From positions 2,123-66,122 of the forward strand of contig CANPZN010000002.1 in the NCBI GenBank assembly GCA_947588785.1: a DNA stretch of 64,000 nucleotides, written 5' to 3'. A model generated the notes under the pieces. It was not told where the DNA came from and ran no database searches. It saw only the letters and a list, made by a program, of their open reading frames with translations. The first letter of the stretch is position 1, and each line of letters starts with the position of its first letter. Source of the stretch: Candidatus Gastranaerophilales bacterium (GTDB lineage: Bacteria; Cyanobacteriota; Vampirovibrionia; Gastranaerophilales; Gastranaerophilaceae). Made by a program: the position numbers and the translations under genes. Of this stretch, positions 11,143-21,151 are shown piece after piece.

Positions 11143-11236
11143 TTGTCAGAAAAAGATTTTACTGAAAACAGTATAAGTAAGATTTTTTGAGTGGCGTATT
11201 AATATTGGACAGCTGAACTGTCAATACTGGATTAAA
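11143..11236 (+). repeat. Repeat-family copy (R5) immediately upstream of the sigma factor gene
   Basis: TTGTCAGAAAAAGATTTTAC head, GACAG-CTGAA-CTGTC hairpin, CTGGATTAAAT tail ending 8 nt before the ATG. Confidence 0.55.
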
Positions 11237-11244
11237 TTTAAAAA

Positions 11245-11901
11245 ATGCAAGCAAAAATTCAAGATTACATAGATATAATCGAAAAGGTAGCCAGAGTAGA
11301 ACATAAAAGAATACCATCGCATATGGTAGATTATGATGAACTGGTTAGTATCGGAATCATAGCTATACAGGTATTGATCAAAGATAAAACGGAAGAACAA
11401 TTGCTTCGTTATAATAATGCGTATATAGCAACAGCTGTAAGATGGGCAATAAGAAATGAACTTAGAAACAGATATAAATGGTACTCACTAAAACATAAAA
11501 ATGTTGAAGATGATGAAGATAGTTCAGGTGAAGATGGTACAGATGAAGCAATTACTCCCGGAAAAGTAAGGGAAGCTATTTATGAAACTATATTATCAAT
11601 AGATAGTTTAGCTGCGGCAGCTTCAGATAATGATTCGCCATTTGATTTTATTAAAGATCCTGCAGCACTTCCTGATGAAAAAGCAGAAATATCGGAACTG
11701 GGGAGAGTTATACGTGAAGCCATTTCAAAACTTCCGCAGAAAGAAAGAACGATTATAGAATATAGGTTTTACCGTAATATGCAGGTTAAAGAAATAGCAG
11801 AACAAATAGGGTTGTCATCTTCCCGTATTACAAGAATTATTCAGGCTGCATTAAATACTGTAAGAGAATATTTAAATAAAAAAGATCATTACGGTTATTA
11901 A
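11245..11901 (+). CDS. Sigma-70 family sigma factor, FliA/sigma-28-like
   Basis: Region 2 (YIATAVRWAIRNELR) and region 4 HTH (MQVKEIAEQIGLSSSRITRI). 218 aa, adjacent to flhB. Acidic insert DDEDSSGEDGTDE. Confidence 0.6.
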   Translation: MQAKIQDYIDIIEKVARVEHKRIPSHMVDYDELVSIGIIAIQVLIKDKTEEQLLRYNNAYIATAVRWAIRNELRNRYKWYSLKHKNVEDDEDSSGEDGTDEAITPGKVREAIYETILSIDSLAAAASDNDSPFDFIKDPAALPDEKAEISELGRVIREAISKLPQKERTIIEYRFYRNMQVKEIAEQIGLSSSRITRIIQAALNTVREYLNKKDHYGY

Positions 11902-13557
11902 TTAAACTTCAAATAAAGAATGAAGTTTTGTTCTAATTTCTTCCGTATCAATTTCAGGATTTAATTCATTATATTCTAATGCTTTTTGATATTGTTTTGC
12001 TGCCGCAATATTTTCTCCATCCAGTTCATAAACACGGCCTAAGTTAAAATTAGCCATAACATAATCTTGTTTCAGATTTAATGCAGTTTCAAAGAGTCTT
12101 TTTGCCTCTTTTAAATTTCTTACTCCATCAAGATATATAACTCCTAAATTATTATATGCAGCATAATATTCGGGATCAAGGAGAAGAGCTTTATTGTAAG
12201 CAATGATAGCTTCTTCAAGATAATCTTTTTGCCATAGTGCCATTGCACATTTATTGTAAGAAACAGGATTTTTAGGATTTAACTTGATTGCTTCACAGTA
12301 TGATTTTATAGCACTATCAATATCATCACATTCATTATAAATGTCACCCAATTCAATGAATACTTCGTCATTATTGGCATCCATCATAATAGCCATTTTA
12401 AGGAAAGTCATAGCTGAATCTATATCACCAAAAATTTTATGATATATAGAAGCGATTGACTGACATACAATTGCAGTCCATTCATTATCAGGATTTTTAT
12501 CAATGGCAATTTTATAATGATCACAAGCTTCTTCATATTGTTCTGCTCTAACCAGGGCATAAGCCAATGCATTATGATAGAAAGGATTTTCTTCATCTTT
12601 TTCCAAAGCCAATTTAAAGGCATTAATAGAATTAATAAAATCTTCTTTTTTTAAATACAGATGTCCTAATTCATAATAAATATTTGCATTATTATCACCG
12701 AGTTCAAGTAGTTTTGTATAACAATCAATTGCCGTGTCTGTTTCTTGTTCGTAATCTTTAGCGATTGAAGCGACTTTTAATAATAAATCTTTATTATAAG
12801 GATTTGTTTCAAGAGCTTTTAGATAGGACTCTTTTGCAATTTTTAATTTTTCATTTTTAACACTAATATCACCGATTTTTTTATAAAAAATAGAATTTCT
12901 TCCGGTGGAATTGGCTGCCATATCATAAGTTTTAACAGCCATCTGATAATTTTTTGTTTTTTCTAATATATTGCCTATAAAATCATAAAACATTACAGTA
13001 AGATTTTTAGATAAATTTTTATAGAGCATTTTTAAAGAAGAATAGTCAAGAGCAATGCTTAAACTTCCTGAAAGTATATAGTATAGTGATTTAGACATGT
13101 CTTTAGCATTGACTTGCGTATCATTCATTTTATCTATGTATAAAGAAGCAAGTGATAACCGTGATCTTGCGGATTTTAAGGGATTAAGACGGATGGCTTC
13201 TTTAAATTCTTTTTCAGCTTCATCATATTTTTTAGCAAGTTCCAAAAAGAATCCGGCATAAATTCTTGCGTTTGGATTTGACGGAGAAATATTTATTGCA
13301 GATTTACATTGTTCAATCGCAGAAGAAAGATTTATTTCTCCTTTATCCCATAATAATGTAGCGAGCCTGTAATATGCTTCAGGAATATTTGGGTTAAATT
13401 TTATAGCCTCGATATAACTTTCTACTGCATTTTCTAAATCTGTTTTGCAACCTTTAATTAGATATTGCTCATGATATTTTCTTGCTATTTCCATATAATC
13501 CTGAGCCATAATATTTAAATCAAATTTGTGGTTTGTAGTGAAAGTATTATTCATCAT
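11902..13557 (-). CDS. Tetratricopeptide (TPR) repeat protein
   Basis: About 12 tandem 34-aa units with the A..Y...A/L...P pattern (e.g. AIKLNPKNPVSYNKCAMALWQ). Confidence 0.85.
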   Translation of the reverse strand: MMNNTFTTNHKFDLNIMAQDYMEIARKYHEQYLIKGCKTDLENAVESYIEAIKFNPNIPEAYYRLATLLWDKGEINLSSAIEQCKSAINISPSNPNARIYAGFFLELAKKYDEAEKEFKEAIRLNPLKSARSRLSLASLYIDKMNDTQVNAKDMSKSLYYILSGSLSIALDYSSLKMLYKNLSKNLTVMFYDFIGNILEKTKNYQMAVKTYDMAANSTGRNSIFYKKIGDISVKNEKLKIAKESYLKALETNPYNKDLLLKVASIAKDYEQETDTAIDCYTKLLELGDNNANIYYELGHLYLKKEDFINSINAFKLALEKDEENPFYHNALAYALVRAEQYEEACDHYKIAIDKNPDNEWTAIVCQSIASIYHKIFGDIDSAMTFLKMAIMMDANNDEVFIELGDIYNECDDIDSAIKSYCEAIKLNPKNPVSYNKCAMALWQKDYLEEAIIAYNKALLLDPEYYAAYNNLGVIYLDGVRNLKEAKRLFETALNLKQDYVMANFNLGRVYELDGENIAAAKQYQKALEYNELNPEIDTEEIRTKLHSLFEV

Positions 13558-13818
13558 AATAATCTTAATCCTTTATAATTATATAATCTGATAAAATTCA
13601 AAAAAATGGAATATTTGAACCGGAAAATCATGCATATGGAGTATAAAAATTATAAAATTTTAATGTCAATTTTTATTTGCATTTTGTTTTTAAATAAGTA
13701 AGGTATTCAAAAAATATTATATTTTTTATGTCAAAATATATTTTTTTGAAAAAGTAAATAAATAAAGTAAAATTTGCAGGTATGTTTAGAATTAATTAAT
13801 TTAGTGAAAGGAAATAAT

Positions 13819-14163
13819 ATGAATTCTTTATTATCAACGCCATTTCATGTTGAAAAACCGATTACGTATAAGGATTTGCAAAATGCTTATGGTATTAAAT
13901 CAGAAACTAAGTCAAATTCTGTTCATAATGATGTCAAAAATTCTTATTATTCAAAATATATTCCTAAAAAAAGCAAAATAAAACCTGTTATTATGGCAGC
14001 ATCACTTGCTGCAGGTGTAATAGCGTTGAAGAAATCAAAAGGAATATCAAAAATAGTGAATGTTGTTAAAAAGCCTGTAAAAAAAATTATTCCAAGTTGT
14101 ATAAATGTGTTAAAAACGGGAGTTTCAAAACTTGGAAGTCTTGTTAAAAAAATTGTAAAGTGA
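13819..14163 (+). CDS. Hypothetical Lys-rich single-TM protein
   Basis: Start moved to MNSLL (AAAGGA SD). TM KPVIMAASLAAGVIAL followed by a K-rich tail. Confidence 0.45.
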   Translation: MNSLLSTPFHVEKPITYKDLQNAYGIKSETKSNSVHNDVKNSYYSKYIPKKSKIKPVIMAASLAAGVIALKKSKGISKIVNVVKKPVKKIIPSCINVLKTGVSKLGSLVKKIVK

Positions 14164-14176
14164 AATAAACATATAA

Positions 14177-15949
14177 ATGAGTAATTATATAGCAAATAAT
14201 TCAAATATATTCAGTCAATTTCCGGTTTATAAACAGGAAATAGCTATAGGTGCGAAGAAAAAATATCCTGATAAAGGAGTAAATGGTTCATTAAAAGAAA
14301 CGGAAAATAATTCAAAGAAGAAGAAAGTATTATTTGGATCTACACTGGCTTCATCAATATTAACAGCAGGTATAGTAGGATTTATTTTTGTAAAAGGTCC
14401 TCATGGAAGTGCATTAAAGAAACTTTCAAAATTTTCAAATTATCTAAGTGAGAATATACAAAAAACAAATCATCTAAAAACAAAAGATATCCCGACAAAG
14501 ACAATTTATTATTCAAAAAAAACAGTAAAAAAAGTAATTGATATAATGGAAGCCAGTGCAAATTTTACTGCGATAAAAGATTGGATTGCAAATAAAATAC
14601 TGAGGAAAAATAAATTTACGGGCAAATTTGCAGATAAATCAACATCTTTTTTTCAAAAGATAGTAGATAAAACATTGAGTAAAAAATATGATAAAGTTGA
14701 AGTAAAGGTAAAAGATTTAACATCATTATTGAAACATTATAGTATTGCGAATTTGTCAAAGTTAGATGAATCCCAGCAAGCTCAAAAAATTAGTATAAAA
14801 GGTATAACGAAAACGTTAAAAGAGTGGATTGAGATATTATCTTATCATACCGAACAATTACAAACTAATTATGATAAAAATTTTAGTCTGGGGGCAAGAA
14901 AACAGAGGAATATAAAACGTTCAAAGTTATTGGGTAATATATCAGAGAAAATAGAAGAAAGATTTTTCAAAGATAAGAAATCTTTATTGAAAATACAAAA
15001 TTATAAAACATATGTAACGGAAGATGCAGCTAAAAATGCTCATAGTATTTTAAAAGAAGATATATATAAAGCAAAAAGACAAATTACAAATAATATAAAA
15101 TCTATATATGAATATATAAAAACTGATTTAAATAATTTCTCAAAAATTGTAAAACCTAATGATGATTCATCAAAAAAGATAGTTCAAGGTATAAGACAGC
15201 AATTGGAAGAATTTAAAACTTCGACGGATTCAAATAATAAAAAAATAGCTGATAAATTGTTAAAATCAATAGATTCATTATTAGAATCATTACAAGGTAA
15301 TAATAAATATACGGAAGAAGAAATAGAACAATTAACACAAATAATAACAGATATAAAGAATTCGCTAAACTTGTCAAAAAATAATCCCAAAGGTTCAATA
15401 GATGAAATTATTTCAATATTACAAGGACTAAATGCTTCAACATTAAGAAATAGCACAGAAAGAATTATATCCACTGAAAATTTGAAAGAATATAGTCATT
15501 TGGCAGGAAAAATAAATAAAGATTTAGAAAAAGCGGTAGAATTAGAAAATGGAGAATATTTTTTGAAACAGGCTGAACTAAAAGTAGGGTCGGCTGCAAC
15601 TGATTTATTATCACTAATATTTCCGATAGGAGTAGGAACATACTCAATAGCAACAAAAGAAGATAAAGAAGAGAGAATATCTGCGACATTGACAACATGT
15701 GTTCCATTGGTAGGTACGTTTGCAACATTTGTATACGGAACAGTCAAAATGTTTTCAGGAGCAAAAAATTTGATGTTTTCACTTGTAACCGGAGCAGTAA
15801 TAAGTAAAATAGGTCATTATGCAGATAAGTTATATAAAAAATATAAAGATACCGGTTCATTTGTAAACGTAGTAAAAGATGAATATGATTCAATTGTAAC
15901 AGATATTACGCCTGGTCAAAATAAAATATCTGAAAAGGACAAGAAATAA
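14177..15949 (+). CDS. Hypothetical membrane protein with long coiled-coil-like K/E/N-rich middle
   Basis: 590 aa. N-proximal TM (LASSILTAGIVGFIFV) and a C-terminal cluster of hydrophobic segments. No family recognised. Confidence 0.55.
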   Translation: MSNYIANNSNIFSQFPVYKQEIAIGAKKKYPDKGVNGSLKETENNSKKKKVLFGSTLASSILTAGIVGFIFVKGPHGSALKKLSKFSNYLSENIQKTNHLKTKDIPTKTIYYSKKTVKKVIDIMEASANFTAIKDWIANKILRKNKFTGKFADKSTSFFQKIVDKTLSKKYDKVEVKVKDLTSLLKHYSIANLSKLDESQQAQKISIKGITKTLKEWIEILSYHTEQLQTNYDKNFSLGARKQRNIKRSKLLGNISEKIEERFFKDKKSLLKIQNYKTYVTEDAAKNAHSILKEDIYKAKRQITNNIKSIYEYIKTDLNNFSKIVKPNDDSSKKIVQGIRQQLEEFKTSTDSNNKKIADKLLKSIDSLLESLQGNNKYTEEEIEQLTQIITDIKNSLNLSKNNPKGSIDEIISILQGLNASTLRNSTERIISTENLKEYSHLAGKINKDLEKAVELENGEYFLKQAELKVGSAATDLLSLIFPIGVGTYSIATKEDKEERISATLTTCVPLVGTFATFVYGTVKMFSGAKNLMFSLVTGAVISKIGHYADKLYKKYKDTGSFVNVVKDEYDSIVTDITPGQNKISEKDKK

Positions 15950-16000
15950 TTCACTCATTTATGTGAGTTATAGTTTTGTATTTAAGTATAAAATATAAGT

Positions 16001-16792
16001 ATGAAAAAAAGTATTTCATTCTTGTTAATAATAATATATCTAACATCTGTAGCGTATGCTTTGGAATTTGATACATCTATTGATGAAACAATAAGAAAAA
16101 GTTATAATTTGTCAACAAGTGAATCAGAGTTACCTGCCTTGCCAAAAGTTGTACCGACAGATACACCTGAAATAAGTCAGGAAATATCATCTAATAGTGC
16201 AACCGGAAAAAGATATGTAATAAAAAAAGGTACAAAAATAACTTTGGTATCAAAGAATACAATATCAGACAGACTATCCAAAGGAAGTAAAGTCGGTTTT
16301 TATTGTAAAAATGGATTTACCACAAAAGAAAATGCAATAATACCTGCCGGAACTGTTTTAAAAGCTACGGTAATGGATTCACATAAACCTCAATTAACAG
16401 GAAATGGCGGATTAGTAGAATTAGCAATAAATGAAATATATTATAACGGAGTTAAATCAAAAATAGAAACAAAACTAAGCAAGGCAAACTCAAAAAAAGT
16501 TTATATGAGTAATATAAAAGGTAAACGGTCATATTGGAAAAATTTTATAAAAGTGACAAACCCCGGGCGTAAGTTTTTTGGAGCAACACAAACAGCCGCA
16601 ACAGCCATGTCTGCAATACCAATAATAAACCTGGTATCATTTATTCCAATATTTGGAGGTGCTGTAGTTTATACAGTTAATATGATAACTGCTCCGGTAA
16701 TCTCAATATTTACAAAAGGCGGATCAGTAAGTATTCCTGCGGGAAGCGTATTTGAAGTAAAAATATCAGAAGATATTTCAATAAACGGATAG
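16001..16792 (+). CDS. Hypothetical exported/membrane protein
   Basis: Signal peptide MKKSISFLLIIIYLTSVAYA and C-terminal hydrophobic segments (AIPIINLVSFIPIFGGAVVY). Confidence 0.55.
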   Translation: MKKSISFLLIIIYLTSVAYALEFDTSIDETIRKSYNLSTSESELPALPKVVPTDTPEISQEISSNSATGKRYVIKKGTKITLVSKNTISDRLSKGSKVGFYCKNGFTTKENAIIPAGTVLKATVMDSHKPQLTGNGGLVELAINEIYYNGVKSKIETKLSKANSKKVYMSNIKGKRSYWKNFIKVTNPGRKFFGATQTAATAMSAIPIINLVSFIPIFGGAVVYTVNMITAPVISIFTKGGSVSIPAGSVFEVKISEDISING

Positions 16793-16927
16793 TGTCTAAG
16801 TTATAGTGTTGCACTTTGCAGCTGACTGTCTTTAAATTCGCCGTTTTTTGGGGCTTGTCATTCATAAGCGTTTGATCGACTTTGCCCGGCGTAATTTCTC
16901 TCCAATTCTAAAGTGGCAAAATTTCAT
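16792..16927 (-). repeat. Repeat-family copy (R6), inverted orientation
   Basis: Contains TGGGGCTTGTCAT (16849-16861), which equals the core at 25255-25267 and the reverse complement of 21306-21318. Confidence 0.7.
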
Positions 16928-17023
16928 CAAACATAGTCATGAGGAAAAAATATTGAAAATAATAATGTTGATTCCGTATTATTTTTATATTAGGCTTTTA
17001 TATGAATTAGAGGGAGAATATTT

Positions 17024-18121
17024 ATGTTAAGAGCGGGAATTGTAGGGCTACCAAATGTAGGAAAATCAACGTTATTTAATGCATTGACATCGTCCAAAAA
17101 TGCACAAAGTGAAAATTATCCCTTTTGTACTATAGAACCTAATGTAGGAGTGGTAAGTGTTCCTGATGAAAGATTAATGGTATTGAAAGATATAGTTAAA
17201 ACAAATGTAGTAATACCTACGGCAATTGAATTTGTAGATATAGCAGGACTGGTAAAGGGTGCAAGTAAAGGTGAAGGTCTTGGAAATCAATTCTTGCATA
17301 ATATTCGAGAAGTAGATGCAATTATTCAAGTAGTAAGATGTTTTGATGATGAAAATACAATTCATGTTTCCGGAAAAATAAATCCTATTGATGATATAGA
17401 AACAATAAATACCGAACTTGCATTAAGTGATATGGCATCAATCGAAAGACGAATAGAAAGATTAAATAAACAGGTTAAAAGCGGAGATAAACAAGCAATA
17501 TTGGAGCATAAAGTATTAACGAAATTGAATGATTTACTTTCAGATGCCATGTTTATAAACATAGAAGAACATTTTGAAGAAGAAGAACTTGAGATAGCGA
17601 GAGCGACACAGTTAATGTGTATAAAACCCGTAATATATGCGGCAAATGTTAGTGAAACTGATCTTGCCAAAGGAAATGCCTATGTAGATAAGGTAAAAGA
17701 ATATGCTTCAAAACACGGAGCGGATGTTGTTGTAATATCTGCAAAAATAGAAGCAGAATTAGTAGATTTATCCCAGGAGGAAGCAAAGGCATATTTATCT
17801 GATTTGGGCGTACAAAATTCCGGTATTGAAAGAATGATACAATCAGTGTATAAACTTTTAAAATTAACGACATTTATTACAGCAGGAGAAAAAGAGGTAA
17901 GAGCATGGACAGTAAAGGCAGGCTCAAAAGCACCCCAAGCAGCAGGAGTTATACATACTGATTTTGAAAAAGGATTCATAAGGGCAGAAGTTACAGCATA
18001 CAAAGATTTTGTAGAAGCAGGTTCTTATGCGGTTGCAAGGGATAAAGGATTAACTAGATTAGAAGGTAAGGATTATATAATACAAGATGGAGATATAGTT
18101 CATTTTAGATTTAATGTCTAA
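17024..18121 (+). CDS. ychF: Ribosome-binding ATPase YchF
   Basis: [19 protein letters not shown]-loop, [11 protein letters not shown]-terminal TGS-like [11 protein letters not shown]. Confidence 0.95.
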   Translation: MLRAGIVGLPNVGKSTLFNALTSSKNAQSENYPFCTIEPNVGVVSVPDERLMVLKDIVKTNVVIPTAIEFVDIAGLVKGASKGEGLGNQFLHNIREVDAIIQVVRCFDDENTIHVSGKINPIDDIETINTELALSDMASIERRIERLNKQVKSGDKQAILEHKVLTKLNDLLSDAMFINIEEHFEEEELEIARATQLMCIKPVIYAANVSETDLAKGNAYVDKVKEYASKHGADVVVISAKIEAELVDLSQEEAKAYLSDLGVQNSGIERMIQSVYKLLKLTTFITAGEKEVRAWTVKAGSKAPQAAGVIHTDFEKGFIRAEVTAYKDFVEAGSYAVARDKGLTRLEGKDYIIQDGDIVHFRFNV

Positions 18122-18159
18122 TATAAAAGATTTACTATAATAAAAAAATGTGATAATAT

Positions 18160-18275
18160 CTTTGTATAAAGCGAGGAAATAAGGTGAAAATCCTAAACCG
18201 GACCGCGGCCGTTATAGTCGGAATACTCTTGTTTAATTTAATTGCGGAATCCAATTAAATATATGAGAGTTCCTT
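18160..18275 (+). promoter_or_regulatory. Candidate compact cobalamin riboswitch (class II / AdoCbl-variant-like) plus downstream hairpin
   Basis: Ordered blocks AAAGCG-AGGAAA-(4 nt)-GGTGAAAATCC-(15 nt)-CCGTTATAGTCGGAAT. GTAT(18164)/ATAC(18223) can close a P1. Followed by the ATTTAATTG-CGGAATC-CAATTAAAT hairpin. Confidence 0.45.
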
Positions 18276-18380
18276 ACATAATCTTTAATGAGCGTGTTAA
18301 AAAATATGCTTATTAAAATAATACCAAAATACACGATCAAAAGAAGTTTGATTGTTGAGTAAAAAGCAGTAAGGAAAATT

Positions 18381-19100
18381 ATGTCAGTATCAGTCACAAG
18401 CCCAAACACACAAAGAGCAGGATTATGTCCGCATGGACTTCCTCCCGCTGCTTGTCCAATATGTAGCGGAAATGGAGGTATGGGAGGAACGGGACGAATA
18501 AAAAATACACCTCCTCCAAAATCAACTGTGTCAAATGAATGGTCATGGATGAAATGTTATACAGCCGGTTTAATGATGAAATCCCAACAAGATAGAATAG
18601 AATCGGCAAAACTTGATTTTAAACGGGAAATAGAATCATATAAATTGTTACAAAAAATGGTAGATGCACTTGCTGATAAAATAAAATCGAATTTAGAAAA
18701 TATACAAAATTCCCTACCAAAACCTATTTCAATTCCGTTGCAGATAATAACAAATTTTATAGTAAAACCAATATTAAATTTAATTTCACAACTGCCTAAA
18801 ATAATGGAAAATATTGCAAATTTCGGGCAAAATTTGCGGAATTTGATTCAACAGGCCGGTGAAAAATTAACAGCAGTAATAGGTGAAATGAAAAATTTTG
18901 TAAAAAGTAAAATTGAAGATATAAAGAAACGGGCAAAAAAAATTTTTTTGTTTTTTCTATCTGAAATAGAAGATAAAGATTATAAAAATGATGAATCATT
19001 AGAGGTCTTTAAATCAAGAGAGTTAAAAAAATATCTTTTAAAAATTATAAAAATGGTAAAGAAACAGGGTGAAAATGATACCGGAAACTCTGAAAAATAA
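18381..19100 (+). CDS. Hypothetical protein with N-terminal Cys/His knuckle
   Basis: CPHGLPPAACPICSG near the N-terminus, Gly-rich linker, helical K/E/I-rich remainder. Confidence 0.5.
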   Translation: MSVSVTSPNTQRAGLCPHGLPPAACPICSGNGGMGGTGRIKNTPPPKSTVSNEWSWMKCYTAGLMMKSQQDRIESAKLDFKREIESYKLLQKMVDALADKIKSNLENIQNSLPKPISIPLQIITNFIVKPILNLISQLPKIMENIANFGQNLRNLIQQAGEKLTAVIGEMKNFVKSKIEDIKKRAKKIFLFFLSEIEDKDYKNDESLEVFKSRELKKYLLKIIKMVKKQGENDTGNSEK

Positions 19101-20646
19101 ATACGATATTTTAAGAAATAATAGAAATATAGCTCAAGAAAAAATAAAAAATAAAGAATTAAATAAAACGCTAAAAAGTGTTTTAATAAATAATCATATA
19201 AAAAATACTAATGAAAATATATCATTTGACGAAATTCAAGATTCATTATTAATTACTGATTCATCATCTTATTATTTAAAAAAAGAAAAAGAAGAAGAAA
19301 ACGGCTTTAATGAAAATAATGCTTTGAAACCAATTATAACAGCAACCGGAATACTTTTTGCCGGAGTAATAACATTAAGCAGTATGATAAAATTATCATC
19401 AAAAAATTTATTAAAAACAATGAATTTTGAACAACTTCCCGAATTAGCAACGAATATGAACATAAAGGAAGAAACTCATTTCGCAATATATAGAGCAATA
19501 AGAGATCCAAATACCAAAAATATATTGGGAGCTGCAGCAGTTTTTTTAATGAGCGGAATAACAATTGCCGCTAAAAATTTTGTTGACGGAACAAAAGAAA
19601 TATGGTTAAAAAAACAAGCTGCAGATATAGAAAGAGATTTGCAAGAAAATTTAATAAAAGTTGAAACAGATTCTTTTTCCGGAAAATTAAATGTCGTAAA
19701 TGATATGTTAAATCAAAATATAAAATATTTTGATTCTGTTTTAAATAATAAAAAAATAAATTCTAAAAATTCACAAATATTTTCCGAAATAATTTCATTT
19801 AAAAGTGAACATTTGAACGGCGTTGAAAAATCAATAGCAGAAGGCGATGACATATTAAATCAAAATTCTGAAACAGAAGAAAAAAACAGAAAAGATAAAA
19901 AAAGAAATATAAAATATGGATTATTATTGCTAGGTGTACTTTTAGGAGCATATGTTACAGGAAAAATCAGTTTTAAAAATATAAAGAAAACAATCGAAAA
20001 TACGGAAAAATATGCTACAAATTATGTAGAAAAAACAATAGAAGCAATAGATATAATGAAAGAGAAATCAGATCCAAAAGATTTGCCTCGTATAAAAGAG
20101 CTGTTACAGGCAATTTGTGCAAAGCCCGAATATGTCAGAGAAATTGGTCAAAAATATAACTTGAGTGAAGAAGAAATAAGAGAAATAATAGAATCAGTAA
20201 AGGAAGTAAAAAAGACAATTTTTGCGGACGCCCCGACAGCATTAGGAGGAATACCCAAAAAAATTCAATATTATTGCTATATAGATGAAAACAGAGGTCA
20301 TTTATATAATTGGATTATGAATCCTGATAATAAATTTACAAAATATTTATTTATGTCTTGTACAATAGCAAGTTCAATAGGTTATATTTTTAAAGAAGGC
20401 ATGGATGCCATAAAAGAAGTAACGGTGTTAAAAGAGAATTCTAAAACAGAATTAAATTTAAGAAAAAGGTTGGTAGATGTAGAGATTTCTAATTTTAAAT
20501 CAAAGAAAAATAGTGCCATTAGACCATTGATTGAAGATTTTACAAAACAAGCGGAATCAGGTCAAAAAACAAAAGAAGAATTAAAAGTTATAGCAGATAA
20601 TATATTAACGGAGACTAAAAATGGCCCTCCGTATGTTTATACATAG
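19069..20646 (+). CDS. Hypothetical polytopic membrane protein
   Basis: 525 aa. Overlaps the upstream ORF by 32 nt. TM segments [46 protein letters not shown]. Confidence 0.55.
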   Translation: MKMIPETLKNKYDILRNNRNIAQEKIKNKELNKTLKSVLINNHIKNTNENISFDEIQDSLLITDSSSYYLKKEKEEENGFNENNALKPIITATGILFAGVITLSSMIKLSSKNLLKTMNFEQLPELATNMNIKEETHFAIYRAIRDPNTKNILGAAAVFLMSGITIAAKNFVDGTKEIWLKKQAADIERDLQENLIKVETDSFSGKLNVVNDMLNQNIKYFDSVLNNKKINSKNSQIFSEIISFKSEHLNGVEKSIAEGDDILNQNSETEEKNRKDKKRNIKYGLLLLGVLLGAYVTGKISFKNIKKTIENTEKYATNYVEKTIEAIDIMKEKSDPKDLPRIKELLQAICAKPEYVREIGQKYNLSEEEIREIIESVKEVKKTIFADAPTALGGIPKKIQYYCYIDENRGHLYNWIMNPDNKFTKYLFMSCTIASSIGYIFKEGMDAIKEVTVLKENSKTELNLRKRLVDVEISNFKSKKNSAIRPLIEDFTKQAESGQKTKEELKVIADNILTETKNGPPYVYT

Positions 20647-20656
20647 GGGATAGGCA

Positions 20657-21109
20657 ATGATAACATATAATCCTAATTTATATACACAAGTCGGACAATT
20701 GGGTATCGGTGTGGAAAAACCTAATAGTGTGAGAAATTATTGTGTCTTTGATAATAAAAGGACAGAAGAAATATTAAAATATAAAGAAGAAGCATTGCCT
20801 TATATAGATTCATTTTTAAAGACCGTAAATACGGAAGAACAAGTGTTAGATGCACTGCAAGTACTTGATAAAATGTTGGATAAAAAAGTAAAAGGAATTG
20901 AAAAAATGTATCCGACTTTATCAAGATTTAATGATGTAACATCTCCGAATATTCAAGTTATGCTTGCCGGAATATACAGAAAAACGTTAATACCTGATGC
21001 ATTTGGCCCATTAAATAAAATGTTAATCAGGCAGACATTATATCCTAATTCATTATATTTTGATCCGACTGAAGAGATAGGCGGGGCAATTATGGAATAT
21101 TTAATATAG
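20657..21109 (+). CDS. Hypothetical protein (150 aa)
   Basis: ORF 10 nt after the previous stop with a GGGGATAGG SD-like tract. Helical, no family recognised. Confidence 0.5.
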   Translation: MITYNPNLYTQVGQLGIGVEKPNSVRNYCVFDNKRTEEILKYKEEALPYIDSFLKTVNTEEQVLDALQVLDKMLDKKVKGIEKMYPTLSRFNDVTSPNIQVMLAGIYRKTLIPDAFGPLNKMLIRQTLYPNSLYFDPTEEIGGAIMEYLI

Positions 21110-21151
21110 TGATTTATGTTTCATATATTGGATAAAAATTAATATATAAAT

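Noticed and set aside
13606-13701. Possible 31-codon sORF (MEYLNRKIMHMEYKNYKILMSIFICILFLNK) upstream of the 13819 gene
   Set aside because: It has no SD (preceded by TTCAAAAAA), no terminator, and lies in an AT-rich promoter-like region. This is unlike the 35917-36012 sORF.
16848-17030. 60-aa ORF upstream of ychF, and 61-aa ORF 22906-23091
   Set aside because: Both are translations of repeat copies R6 and R8. They overlap neighbouring genes and have no independent support.
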